A DNA stretch of 64,000 nt from Macrostomum lignano (lineage: Eukaryota), in contig NIVC01000158.1 of NCBI GenBank assembly GCA_002269645.1, positions 496,001 to 560,000 of the forward strand, read 5' to 3'. The notes under the pieces are model-generated. The model saw nothing but the letters and a program-made list of their open reading frames with translations. It made no database searches and was not told the DNA's origin. Position 1 is the first letter of the stretch. Each line of letters opens with the position of its first letter. Both the position numbers and the translations under genes were made by a program. This document shows, piece after piece, positions 27,001 to 38,500 of the stretch.

Positions 27001-28248
27001 TTTCAGTGGTACCCCCTACCGTTGGCGCTTCCAAACAAATGTCAAAGCCCGCCTCTGTATCCATGTGGAACTTGGGGGGTCGTTCTTTGCCGGTGGAAAT
27101 GTCAAGGGGGCCCCGACTAGAGATCGAAGTTGGTCCAACCTCTTGTAGCTTGTAATCCGACTGTAAGCACGGGCTAGGGGGAATGGATCTATTCCTCTGC
27201 GGCCACCACCCCACCCACTCTCAAGCATGCGGCGTCAGTTGCTGCTGGGAAGCTTCATCTCTCTTGCATGCATTTGGCATTTGGCTGGCTGCATGGATCA
27301 ACAGGCCTTTCCACCCCACCTCGACAGATCCCCGGGCCTCTCTAGTGGCAGCCATTTCGCAAAGTTGACCTGACATTTCGCCCAGTGCGGTCTGCGCGGC
27401 GAGCCGCTGAAGTTCGGTTGGTTTATGGGAGATCAGCAGCTTCCAAGTCTGCATATCGAGTGCAGCTCTTCCTTGTTGAAAACCCTGAACAGGTTTTGAG
27501 TTAGCAGAGTGCACATGCCCGACGATTAGAAAGTCAGGGCCGCTGTACACCCTGAGTGAGCTCAGGAGTCCGCGGAATGGGCAGAATTGCCGTTGCGGGA
27601 CCATGTCCTGGAATTTTTACTTTCATATAGACCGCATGAAGTTGCCACTCCTGACTTCGGTTCCTGGATCTCCCGGGTCAGTCAGTCGGACGATATGACG
27701 CACGCAGCTGCTGGGAAGTTAAGAATGCCAAGTGGGACAGGAGTTTTATGAAGAAATTTTCTTTTCTAAGAGAGCTAGAAAAAGTAAAATTGCGCAAAAA
27801 GAGAAAACCAAATCGTCTTGTCTTGACTTGGGGCTCGCTGTTGTTTTCACTTCCTTCAAGGGGCCAATGGGTACATTTGTTGCTGCGCACATTTCTTCTT
27901 CTGCAAAAGAAAATTTCTCATGCTCAGATTGAGTTTGATCGATTTTTTATTCGATTCCAAGGAGATTCTCAGACCAGAAATCAATGTCAATGGTAGATTC
28001 GGCAGTGCTTCAAGACCCATTATCCAATTTTTGTTCAACAAAAATAATATAAAAATTTACTGAACTTGCAGAAGTTTCCAGAGCGAGAAGCATTTGCCCA
28101 ACACAGCTGGCATACCTACAGAATGTCGGAACATTTCGGAAATGTCACCACCGCCCCCTGATCCTCCCTGGATCCCGCTGTGGCCCTCTATCAGCAAATC
28201 GATGCAATATTTGCCGCAGCTGTCCAAGTGTTTCTGCAGCCCCTTCAT
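24068..28248 (-). CDS. Candidate spliced gene of unknown function (no recognisable domain), divergent from myosin
   Basis: Putative exons 28248-28116, 27900-(unresolved), 27484-27320, 27160-26889, 25696-25609, 25378-25275, 24185-24068. Four consecutive downstream GT-AG junctions are phase-compatible and open, and the stop TGA overlaps AATAAA. The 5' part is unresolved and codon bias is weaker than in neighbouring genes. Confidence 0.35.
24218..25252. repeat. ~16-bp minisatellite (GGGGATTGTGAAGCTT / GATTAGGGACTGTGAA variants)
   Basis: Direct reading. Confidence 0.92.
25697..26724. repeat. 21-bp minisatellite (TCTCTGACACCCAATATGACG)
   Basis: Direct reading; 7-aa period MTSLTPN. Confidence 0.95.
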
Positions 28249-28499
28249 TCCTCCCCTCTCCTTTCTCCCCTTCTCTCACCTCTCTCTCTTGAAATCCCTG
28301 TTTTGAAAACTTGGCCACCGACCTCAGTTGGGGAAATTCAATTGGCCTTGGCCTTTACCGCCGCGGGCCTCGGTGTCTATCGCACTGATCGATAAACTTT
28401 CACAGCCCCCATCAACAGCCCCGCCTCCTCCCCGCGCCCCACGGAACCGTCAATAAAAGCGAGCGGCGTCGGGCGCGCCCAAGGATCTCTTCGCCTGCC

Positions 28500-28628
28500 A
28501 GAGACGGCGCGTGCGGACCCGGAACTGCTTCGCTCCTTCTACACACTTTTAATAGGACTTGCCACTTTTTCTTTCACTAGACTGAGATTTCAATTTCATT
28601 TGCTTTTGTTTTAATTCGTCACTATAAG
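28500..28628 (+). other. Probable non-coding 5' UTR exon of the myosin gene (start approximate)
   Basis: Strong donor AAG|GTAAGG at 28629, followed by an array-containing intron and CAG acceptors at ~29509-29512, shortly before the ATG at 29545. GC-rich promoter-like DNA at ~28330-28520. Confidence 0.55.
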
Positions 28629-28737
28629 GTAAGGCCGGCTTAGAACTCTTGAAATTTTTCTTATCATTACAATGTCCAGGTGCAGGCATTAGTGCCCGTG
28701 TGCAGGTGTAAGATTTTACCTGCACACAATGTCACAG

Positions 28738-29452
28738 GTGCAGGTGTTATCCCAATGTCCCAGTTGCAGGTGTTATCCCAATGTCCCAGGTGCAGGTGTT
28801 ATCCCAATGTCCCAGTTGCAGGTGCTATCCCAATGTCCCAGGTGCAGGTGTTATCCCAATGTCCCAGTTGCAGGTGTTATCCCAATGTCCCAGTTGCAGG
28901 TGTTATCCCAATGTCCCAGGTGCAGATGTTATCCCAATGTCCCAGGTGCAGGTGTTATCCCAATGTCCCAGTTGCAGGTGTTATCCCAATGTCCCAGTTG
29001 CAGGTGTTATCCCAATGTCCCAGGTGCAGGTGTTATCCCAATGTCCCAGGTGCAGGTGTTATCCCAATGTCCCAGGTGCAGGCGTTATCCCGATGTCCCA
29101 GGTGCAGGTGTTATCCCAATGTCCCAGGTGCAGGTGTTATCCCAATGTCCCAGGTGCAGGTGTTATCCCAATGTCCCAGGTGCAGGTGTTATCCCAATGT
29201 CCCAGGTGCAGGTGTTATCCCAATGTCCCAGGTGCAGGTGTTATCCCAATGTCCCAGGTGCAGGTGTTATCCCAATGTCCCAGGTGCAGGCGTTATCCCG
29301 ATGTCCCAGGTGCAGGTGTTATCCCAATGTCCCAGGTGCAGGTGTTATCCCAATGTCCCAGGTGCAGGTGTTATCCCAATGTCCCAGGTGCAGGTGTTAT
29401 CCCAATGTCCCAGGTGCAGGTGTTATCCCAATGTCCCAGGTGCAGGTGTTAT
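28738..29452. repeat. 26-bp minisatellite (CCCAATGTCCCAGGTGCAGGTGTTAT) in the myosin 5' UTR intron
   Basis: Direct reading; 26-aa (3x26 nt) period. Confidence 0.95.
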
Positions 29453-29544
29453 CGACAATTTCAGTTGTATACGTATCTCGTGAAATCTTATCATTGGCAT
29501 CTTCAACAGCAGCTCACACCTGTCCCGCAATCCCCAATCCAGAC

Positions 29545-32500
29545 ATGTCCGGACTAGACCCCAAGGATCCGGACTTCAAGTACCTCGGCGTGGACCGGAA
29601 GGCCCTGCTGAAGGAGATCGGCAATGCCACCTTCGACTCCAAGAAGGTCTGCTGGTGCCCGGACGAGAAGGAGGGCTACGTAAAGGCGGACGTGATCTCC
29701 AGGGAGGGCGGAAAAGTCACCGTCAAGACCGAGAAGGGCGAGGCAAGCTTAACGGATATTCTTTCCTGGTGATCATTAAATTTATAACTAAAGGTAGTTT
29801 GCTTAACCTTTGAAGCGTCACCAAATTCTAGGAGAAGACCCTGAAGGAGGACGACATCCAGCAGATGAACCCGCCCAAGTTCGAGCTCTTCGAGGACATG
29901 GCCAACTTGACCTTCCTGAACGACGCTTCGGTGCTGCACAACCTTCGGCAGCGCTACTACAAACTGCTCATCTACGTGAGTTCACTAAATTTAAATTTAA
30001 AATCGAAAGCAAAATGTCAAGAAAAAAGTCAAGAAAAGAGCAGTTTTAAATGTACAAAAAAGACAAAATACAAAATTTCAATAAGACTAATAAGTGAATC
30101 CACAAAGATGCTTCAGTCTCCAGTTGACTCGCTTTGACTCAACTTTGATTGCAGACCTACTCGGGCCTGTTCTGCGTAGTGGTGAACCCCTACAAGCGCC
30201 TGCCGATCTACACCAACAGCGTGGTGATGAAGTACAAGGGCAAGCGGAAGACCGAGATGCCGCCGCACGCCTTCGCCATCTCTGACAACGCCTATTCGAA
30301 CATGTTGCAGGGTGAGATAAAACAAAATTTCCGGCTTTTACTATTTAACGAATCATTGCGGGGTTTGAATTTTAACAAAAAATATCTCTTATTCCAGAGC
30401 GCGAGAACCAGTCTGTGCTGATCACGTAAGAATTTTTTGTTTTAATTTAACTTGGACCTAATACGACAAATCTCTTTAATTTTATATTTAACAGAAATTT
30501 CAATACGTTTTTATTTGGTTTTCCGCTTGAAACTCGATAGCTATCAGATTTAATAATTAGCTTTGCTTTCGCCAAACAATGCTTATATTTACCGTGTATA
30601 CCATGAGAAGTAGTTCATTGCTACTGCAAAATTAGTAGTGCTTATTAATTGCTGTTCAGCATGGCGCATTTGTGACCTCCTTGTTAGACAAGAGAACACA
30701 TTATTTTGTGCCATCTATTTGTGACGCCAAAAAACCGCACACACTAAACCAGTGGCGAGAGCGGTGCCGGTAAAACCGAGAACACCAAGAAGGTCATCTC
30801 GTACTTTGCCCAACTGACGGCTCTCACTCAGTCCAAGGAAGCCACTGAGAAGGACGCTGACAAGAAGGTTTGAAGCAAAAACTGAGAAGACGAAAATTGT
30901 TCCTTGCCCATCGCGTTTCGAGAACCCTGATTTCCATCCCTTGTTTTCAATCTATTTGAATTGTATTGTCAAACCAGCGCATGCTAGGAACATTTACCAT
31001 ATACACTATGAAGGCTAGAGGGAGAGAGGGCACTAGAGATGGTAAGGGGACAGAGATAATGATATTTGACCGGCAATGTACACTTGGGAGGGTAGGGGAT
31101 AGAGAGAACGATCTTTGACCGGCAATGTACACTTGGGAGGGTAGGTGATAGAGAGAACGATCTTTGATCGGCAATGTACACTTGGGAGGGTAGGGGATAG
31201 AGAGAACGATCTTTGACCGGCAATGTACACTTGGGAGGGTAGGGGATAGAGAGAACGATCTTTGACCGGCAATGTACACTTGGGAGGGTAGGGGATAGAG
31301 AGAACTATCTTTGATCGGCAATGTACACTTGGGAGGGCAGAGAGAATAGATATTTAATTGAAGCTTGGGCCAACTATAGTAGAGAGCCAGATAGCTAGTG
31401 GCTATCTGAAAGGAAAAAATAAAGTAATTACATGTAGCTCGATGCTCATAGTACGAGAATTTTCGGACCATGAGACGTATTAGACCTATTTAGCACCTTT
31501 CTAAATAAGTAAATAATATTGATTGAGTAAGCAGCAGCCTTAATCATACCAAACCCTGGTTTTATCTTTATCCTTGACTATTCTGAAGCTACGTGTATTT
31601 TTTCTAAACCCTTAAATCAAACCTTGACTATACTCGTATGTACGAGCGTAACTGGTGCTGCAGGGATGTGTTTTAACTTGTCTCATACTGATTTGTGCAA
31701 CATTCCTAAAATCAGAGACCTTTCGGAACTTTTCATGACGAAATTTCGAAATGAAAATCTGACCTTTTTACTAAAGTTTTTTTTACCCGATATTTAAACC
31801 AAATTATCTGCATGCCAAATTTAACACAGTTTAATGATTAATTGACCAACCATGAGTCAGGTTTTGCATAGCTCTACCATCCTCCTCCGACGAATCTCCA
31901 GGGCAGCCTAGAGGAGCAGATTGTACAGGCCAATCCGGTGCTGGAGGCCTACGGCAATGCCAAGACGGTCAGGAACAACAACTCGTCCCGTTTCGTAAGT
32001 TGAGTTGACAACTGTTAGTCAGTTGGTTGGCTTTGCGAACTTAACTCAAGCTAATGTCCGCCATCTCTGCAGGGAAAATTTATTCGAATCCACTTCGGCC
32101 CAACCGGCAAGATCGCTGGTGCCGACATCGAATTCTGTGAGTAGCTATAAATCATAAATCAATCAGAAATCATAAATGCCACAGCGTTTCTCATATTTTT
32201 TCCCAACCGGCCAATCTCGCCATGCAGACCTGCTGGAGAAGTCGCGCGTCACCTCGCAGATGTCCGGCGAGCGCAACTACCACATCTTCTACCAGCTGCT
32301 GTCCGACTACGCCAAGCAGTGGCACGACAAGCTGCTGGTCACTTCCGACCCGGCTCTGTACTCCTTCATCAATCAGGGCGAGCTGTCCATCGACGGGGTC
32401 GATGACGCCGAGGAGATGAAGCTCACTGACGAGGCCATCAACATCCTGGGCTTCTCGAACGACGAGAAGAACGGCATGTTCAAGGCCACCTGCGCCGTCA

Positions 32501-35500
32501 TGAACATGGGCGAGATGAAATTCAAGCAGAGACCGCGCGAGGAGCAGGCCGAATCCGACGGCACCGCCGAGGCTGAGAAGGTGGCCTTCCTGCTGGGCGT
32601 GAACGCCAAGGACTTGCTGCAGGCGATCCTCAAGCCCAAGGTGAAGGTCGGCAACGACTACGTGACCAAGGGCCAGAGCCTGGAGCAGGTGACGTTCTCC
32701 GTGAATGCCTTGGCCAAGTCGTTGTACAGCCGCATGTTCGCCTGGCTGGTCAACCGCGTCAACCAGACCCTGGACACCAAGGCCAAGCGTCAGTACTTCA
32801 TCGGTGTGCTGGACATTGCCGGCTTTGAGATCTTCGACTTCAACGGCTTCGAGCAGATCTGCATCAACTACACCAACGAGCGGCTGCAGCAGTTCTTCAA
32901 CCACCACATGTTCGTGCTGGAGCAGGAGGAGTACAAGAAAGAGGCCATCGACTGGGAATTCATCGACTTCGGCATGGATCTTGCCGCCTGCATCGAGCTG
33001 ATTGAGAAACCCATGGGCATCCTGTCCATCCTTGAGGAAGAGTGCATGTTCCCCAAGGCCTCGGACACCACCTTCAAAAACAAGCTGTACGACAACCACC
33101 TTGGCAAGTCGCCGAACTTCGGCAAGCCGAAGCCGCCGAAGCCTGGAAAGGCCGAGGCGCACTTCGAGCTGCACCACTACGCCGGCACGGTCGGCTACAA
33201 CATCACCGGCTGGCTGGAGCGCAACAAGGACCCGCTGAACGAGACTGTCATCGGCGTGCTCAGCGCTAGCAAGGAGCACCTGGTTGCTCTGTTCTTCCCG
33301 CCGCCGGATGGTGTGTAAATCGTATATACTAAATTTATCTGCTAGAATCCGGTGAACGTGTGGTAGTCAAAATAAATTATCTCGTTTTATTTTCAGAGGG
33401 TGCGGAAAAAGCCGGCAAGAAGCGCAAGGGAGGCGGCATGCAGACCATCTCCGCTACTCACCGCGTAAGTTGTTGTTATTGCCGTGTCTCTTCAACTATT
33501 TGAACCATGATTCTCATTTACGCAGCATGTGTAACTCCATGCTTTTCTATTGAAACCGCCCACTTGTAGGAGTCTCTGAACAAGCTGATGAAGAACTTGC
33601 ACAGCACCTCGCCCAACTTCATTCGTTGCATCGTGCCGAACGAGTTCAAGCAGACCGGCGTTGTCGACGCTCACCTCGTGCTGCACCAGCTGCACTGCAA
33701 CGGTGTGCTCGAGGGCATCCGTATCTGCCGAAAGGGCTTCCCCAACCGCATGATCTACTCCGAGTTCAAGCAGCGGTGAGCAATCGTTAATTACCTATCA
33801 ATCCCATATGATTACCTATCAATGCTTTGGTCATTGCAATGAACATCAAATTCCACCCAGATACTCCATCCTGGCCCCCAACGTCATCCCGGAGGGCTTC
33901 GTCGATGGCAAGGCCGTCGGTGGCAAGATCCTGGAGGCCGTGCAGCTGGACAAGCAGCAGTACCGCCTTGGCAACACCAAGATTTTCTTCAAGGCCGGTG
34001 TGCTGGCCGAGCTCGAGGACATCCGCGACGAGAAGCTGAGCCGCATCATCGCACTGTTCCAGGCCCAGATCCGCGGCTACGTGATGCGCAAGAAGCACAA
34101 GAAGCTGCAGGACCAGCGCACCGCCCTCAGCATCATCCAGCGCAACGTGCGCAAGCATCTGCAGCTGAAGAACTGGGAGTGGTGGCGCCTGTACCTCAAG
34201 GTGAAGCCGATGCTCAACGTTGCCCGCCAGGAGGAGGAGATGAAGAAGGCCGCCGAGGAGCTCGCCAAGTTCAAGGAGGACTACGAGAAGATGGAGAAGC
34301 TGAAGAAAGAGCTCGAGGAGCAGAACGTGACTCTGCTTCAGCAGAAGAACGACATCTTCCTGCAGCTGCAGGCTGAGCAGGACACCCTGGCCGACGCCGA
34401 GGAGAAGATCGAGAATCTCATCAAGCAGAAGGCCGACTATGAGTCGCAGATCAAGGAGCTAGAAGACCGCCTGCTGGACGAGGAGGACGCCGCCAACGAG
34501 CTTGAGGGCGTCAAGAAGAAGATGGAGGGCGAGACCAACGAGCTAAAGAAGAACATCGAGGACCTGGAGAAGAACCTGCAGAAGGCCGAGCAGGAGAAGC
34601 AGAGCAAAGAGAACCAGATCCGCAGCCTGCAGGATGACATGGCCCGCCAGGACGAGTCCATAGCCAAGCTGCAGAAGGAGAAGAAGGCCCACGAGGAGAC
34701 CATCAAGCAGACCCAGGAGGCTCTGGCCGCCGAGGAGGAGAAGGTGAAGAACCTGAACAAGCTGAAGCAGAAGCTGGAGCAGAACCTGGATGAGATGGAG
34801 GAGCAGCTGGAGCGGGAGAAGAAGGTCCGCGCCGACGTTGAGAAGGCGAAGCGCAAGATCGAAGGCGACCTGAAGATGACTCAGGAGACCGTCGAGGACC
34901 TGGAGCGGGTGAAGCGCGACATGGAGGAGCAGATCAAGAGGAAGGACGCCGAGCTGAGCAGCCTGCATAACAAGGTCGAGGATGAGCAGGGCATCATCGC
35001 CCAGCTGCAGCGCAAGATCAAGGAGCTGCAGGCTCGCATCCAGGAGCTGGAGGAGGAGCTGGAGACCGAGCGTCAGGGGCGCTCAAAGGCTGAGAAGCAG
35101 CGCCAGCAGGTCGAGGCTGAGCTCGAGGACGTCGCCGACAAGCTGGAGGAGCAGGGCGGCGCCACTGTTGTTCAGCAGGAGTTGAACAAGAAGCGCGAGG
35201 CCGAACTGCTCAAGCTGCGCCGCGAGATGGAGGACAACGTGCTGCAGCACGAGCAGATGGTACAGCAGCTGCGCAAGAAGCAGCAGGATGCCGTCAACGA
35301 GCTCTCTGAGCAGGTTGACCAGCTGCAGAAGACCAAGTCCAAGGTTGAGAAGGAGAAGTCGCAGTTCAAGGCCGAGCTGGAAGATCTGCACTCCCAGCTG
35401 GAGCACGTCAGCAAGGCCAAGGCTAACGCCGAGAAGAACGCCAAGACCCTGGACGGCCAGTTGAGCGACCTGCAGGCCCGCCTCGACGAGGCCACCCGAC

Positions 35501-38500
35501 AGATCGGCGACCTGCAGTCGCAGAAGAACCGCGCCGCGCAGGAGGGCGGCGAACTCGGCCGCAAGCTGGAGGAGGCCGAGGCCCAGCTCGGCCAGCTGAG
35601 CAAGGCCAAGCAGCAGCTCACCCAGCAGCTGGAGGAGGCCAGGCGCAACCTGGAAGACGAGAGCCGGCTGAAGTCCAAGCTGAGCTCGGACGTGCGCAAC
35701 CTGAACGCCGACCTAGACCAGATCCGGGAGCAGCTGGAGGAGGAGCAGGAGGCCAAGTCCGACCTGCAGCGTCAGCTGGCCAAGGCCCAGAGCGAGGCTC
35801 AGCAGTGGCGCTCCAAGTACGAGAGCGGCGGCGGCGGCGGCGGCGAGGAGGTCGAGGAGCTGAAACGCCGCCTGCAATCCAAGCTGCTGGAGGCCCAGGT
35901 GAGTCCATTAATTAAGCCAATAAGCAAAATCTTGGTTTCATCATCTCCCAGCCGCACGGCTGGTTTTCTAATCCTCATCTACCCTCGCTCACCTTCGCCA
36001 ATCCGCAGGACGAGATGGAGAGTGCCAAGGCCAAGCTGGCGCAGGTGGAGAAGGCCCGCAACCGCCTGCAGGCCGAACTGGAGGACGCCACCGTCGACCT
36101 CGAGCGCTCCACCCTGCTGGCCTCTCAGCTGGAGAAGAAGCAGAAGAACTTCGACAAGACCCTGGCCGAGTGGCAGCAGAAGTACCAGAGCGCCCAGTCC
36201 GATCTGGAATCGACGCAGCGGGAATCCCGCGGCTATTCCGCCGAGATCTTCAAGCTGAAGGCTCAGCTGGAGGAGGCCCGCGACCAGACCGAGGCGGTTA
36301 GGCGGGAAAACAAGAGTCTTGCCGATGAGATCCGCGACCTTACTGAGCAGCTGGGCGAAGGTGGCCGCAACGTGCACGAGGTGGACAAGGCCCGTCGCCG
36401 CCTGGAGATGGAGAAGGAAGAGCTGCAGGCCGCCCTTGAGGAGGCCGAGTCTGCGCTTGAGCAGGTGGGCTTGATTCCAGAGGCATTCTGGCGTTATCTA
36501 ATTAGAGCCGAGAATAAGAGATTCTACCTGTGTAATCATGCAATTATCTATGGCCGGGTTCCACCTGTGTAATTATGCAGTTATCTATGGCCGGGTTCCA
36601 CCTGTGTAATTATGCAGTTATCTATGGCCGGGTTCCACCTGTGTAATTATGCAGTTATCTATGGCCGGGTTCCACCTGTGTAATCATGCAATTATCTATG
36701 GCAGGGTTCCACCTGTGTAATCATGCAATTATCTATGGCCGGGTTCAACCTGTGTAATCATGCAATTATCTATGGCACGGTTCCACCTGTGTAATCATGC
36801 AATTATCTATGGCCGGGTTCCACCTGTGTAATTATGCAATTATCTATGGCAGGGTTCCACCTGTGTAATCATGCAATTATCTATGGCCGGGTTTCACCTG
36901 TGTAAATATGGAATTGTCTATGGCCGGGTTCCACCTGTGTAATTATGCAATTATCTATGGCCGGGTTCCACCTGTGTAATTATGCAGTTATCTATGGCCG
37001 GGTTTCACCTGTGTAATTATGCAGTTATCTATGGCCGGGTTCCACCTGGAGATTTTTTGGGAGCAGATTCTCTTCGGAAATTTGGCAGTCTCAATAGAAA
37101 TATAAAAGCCAAAAATTTGCCCATAACTACTGACAGTAGCCTCGCACTTTTCACCAACGAAAATTTCAACATTACACCTCGCCCAGGAGGAGGCCAAGGT
37201 AGCCCGCACCCAGCTGGAGCTCGCCCAGGTGCGCCAGGACATCGACCGTCGCATCGCTGAGAAAGAGGAAGAGTTCGAGAGCACCAGGAAGAACCACCAG
37301 CGCGCCATGGACTCGATGGCCGCCACCGTGGACGCCGAGGCCAAAGGCAAGGCGGAGGTGCAGCGCCAGAAGAAGAAGCTGGAGCAGGACATCAACGAGC
37401 TGGAGGTGGCTCTGGACAGCGCCAACCGGGCCCGCGCCGATGCCGACAAGACCGTGAAGAAGTACCAGCAGCAGCTGCGCGAGATTCAGGTGAGAGTTGA
37501 GACTTTTTTCTTCATTTCTGGCAAGTCTGGCCCTAGATCTGACAAGTCTGGCCCCAGATCTGACAAGTCTGACCCCAGATCTGACAAGTCTGACCCCAGA
37601 TCTGACAAGTCTGACCCCAGATTTGACAGGTCTGACCCCAGATCTGACAAGTCTGACCCCAGATCTGACAAGTCTGACCCCAGATCTGACAAGTCTGACC
37701 CCAGATCTGACAGGTCTGACCCCAGATCTGACAAGTCTGACCCCAGATCTGACAAGTCTGACCCCAGATCTGACAAGTCTGACCCCAGATCTGACAAGTC
37801 TGACCCCAGATTTGACAGGTCTGACCCCAGATCTGACAAGTCTGACCCCAGATCTGACAAGTCTGACCCCAGATCTGACAAGTCTGACCCCAGATCTGAC
37901 AAGTCTGATCCCAATCTGACGTATTTGATTATTTGAATTTATCAGTTTTTCATTTCATGAGCTACTTCACTTACTGCAAGTAGCAATACGCAAATATGCA
38001 TCAATAGAAATATGCACGCCCCAATCGCAGTCGCAAGTGGAAGACGAGCAGCGCCAGCGTGACGAGGCCCGCGAGCAGGCCATGTCGGCTGAGCGCAAGC
38101 TCAATATGTTCACCACCGAGCTTGACGAGCTGCGCACCCAGCTCGAATCCGCCGAACGGGCGCGCAAGGCGGCCGAATCCGAGCGCATGGAGGCCTCCGA
38201 TCGCATCGGCGAGCTCAGCGCCTCCAACGCGTCTCTGAGCGCCACCAAGCGCAAGCTGGAGGCCGACATCAACGCTATGCGCGGCGATCTCGACGAGCAG
38301 CACAACGAGGCGCGCAACGCCGAGGAGCGCGCCAAGAAGGCCGCCATGGACACGCAGCGCCTCGCCGACGAGGTCCGGGTCGAGCAGGAGCACGCGCTGC
38401 ACGCCGAGAAGGCCCGGCGCCAGATGGAGAACGCGCTGAAGGAGCTGCAGGCCCGTCTGGACGCGGCCGAGGGCGGCGCTGCCAAGGGCGGCAAGCGCGA

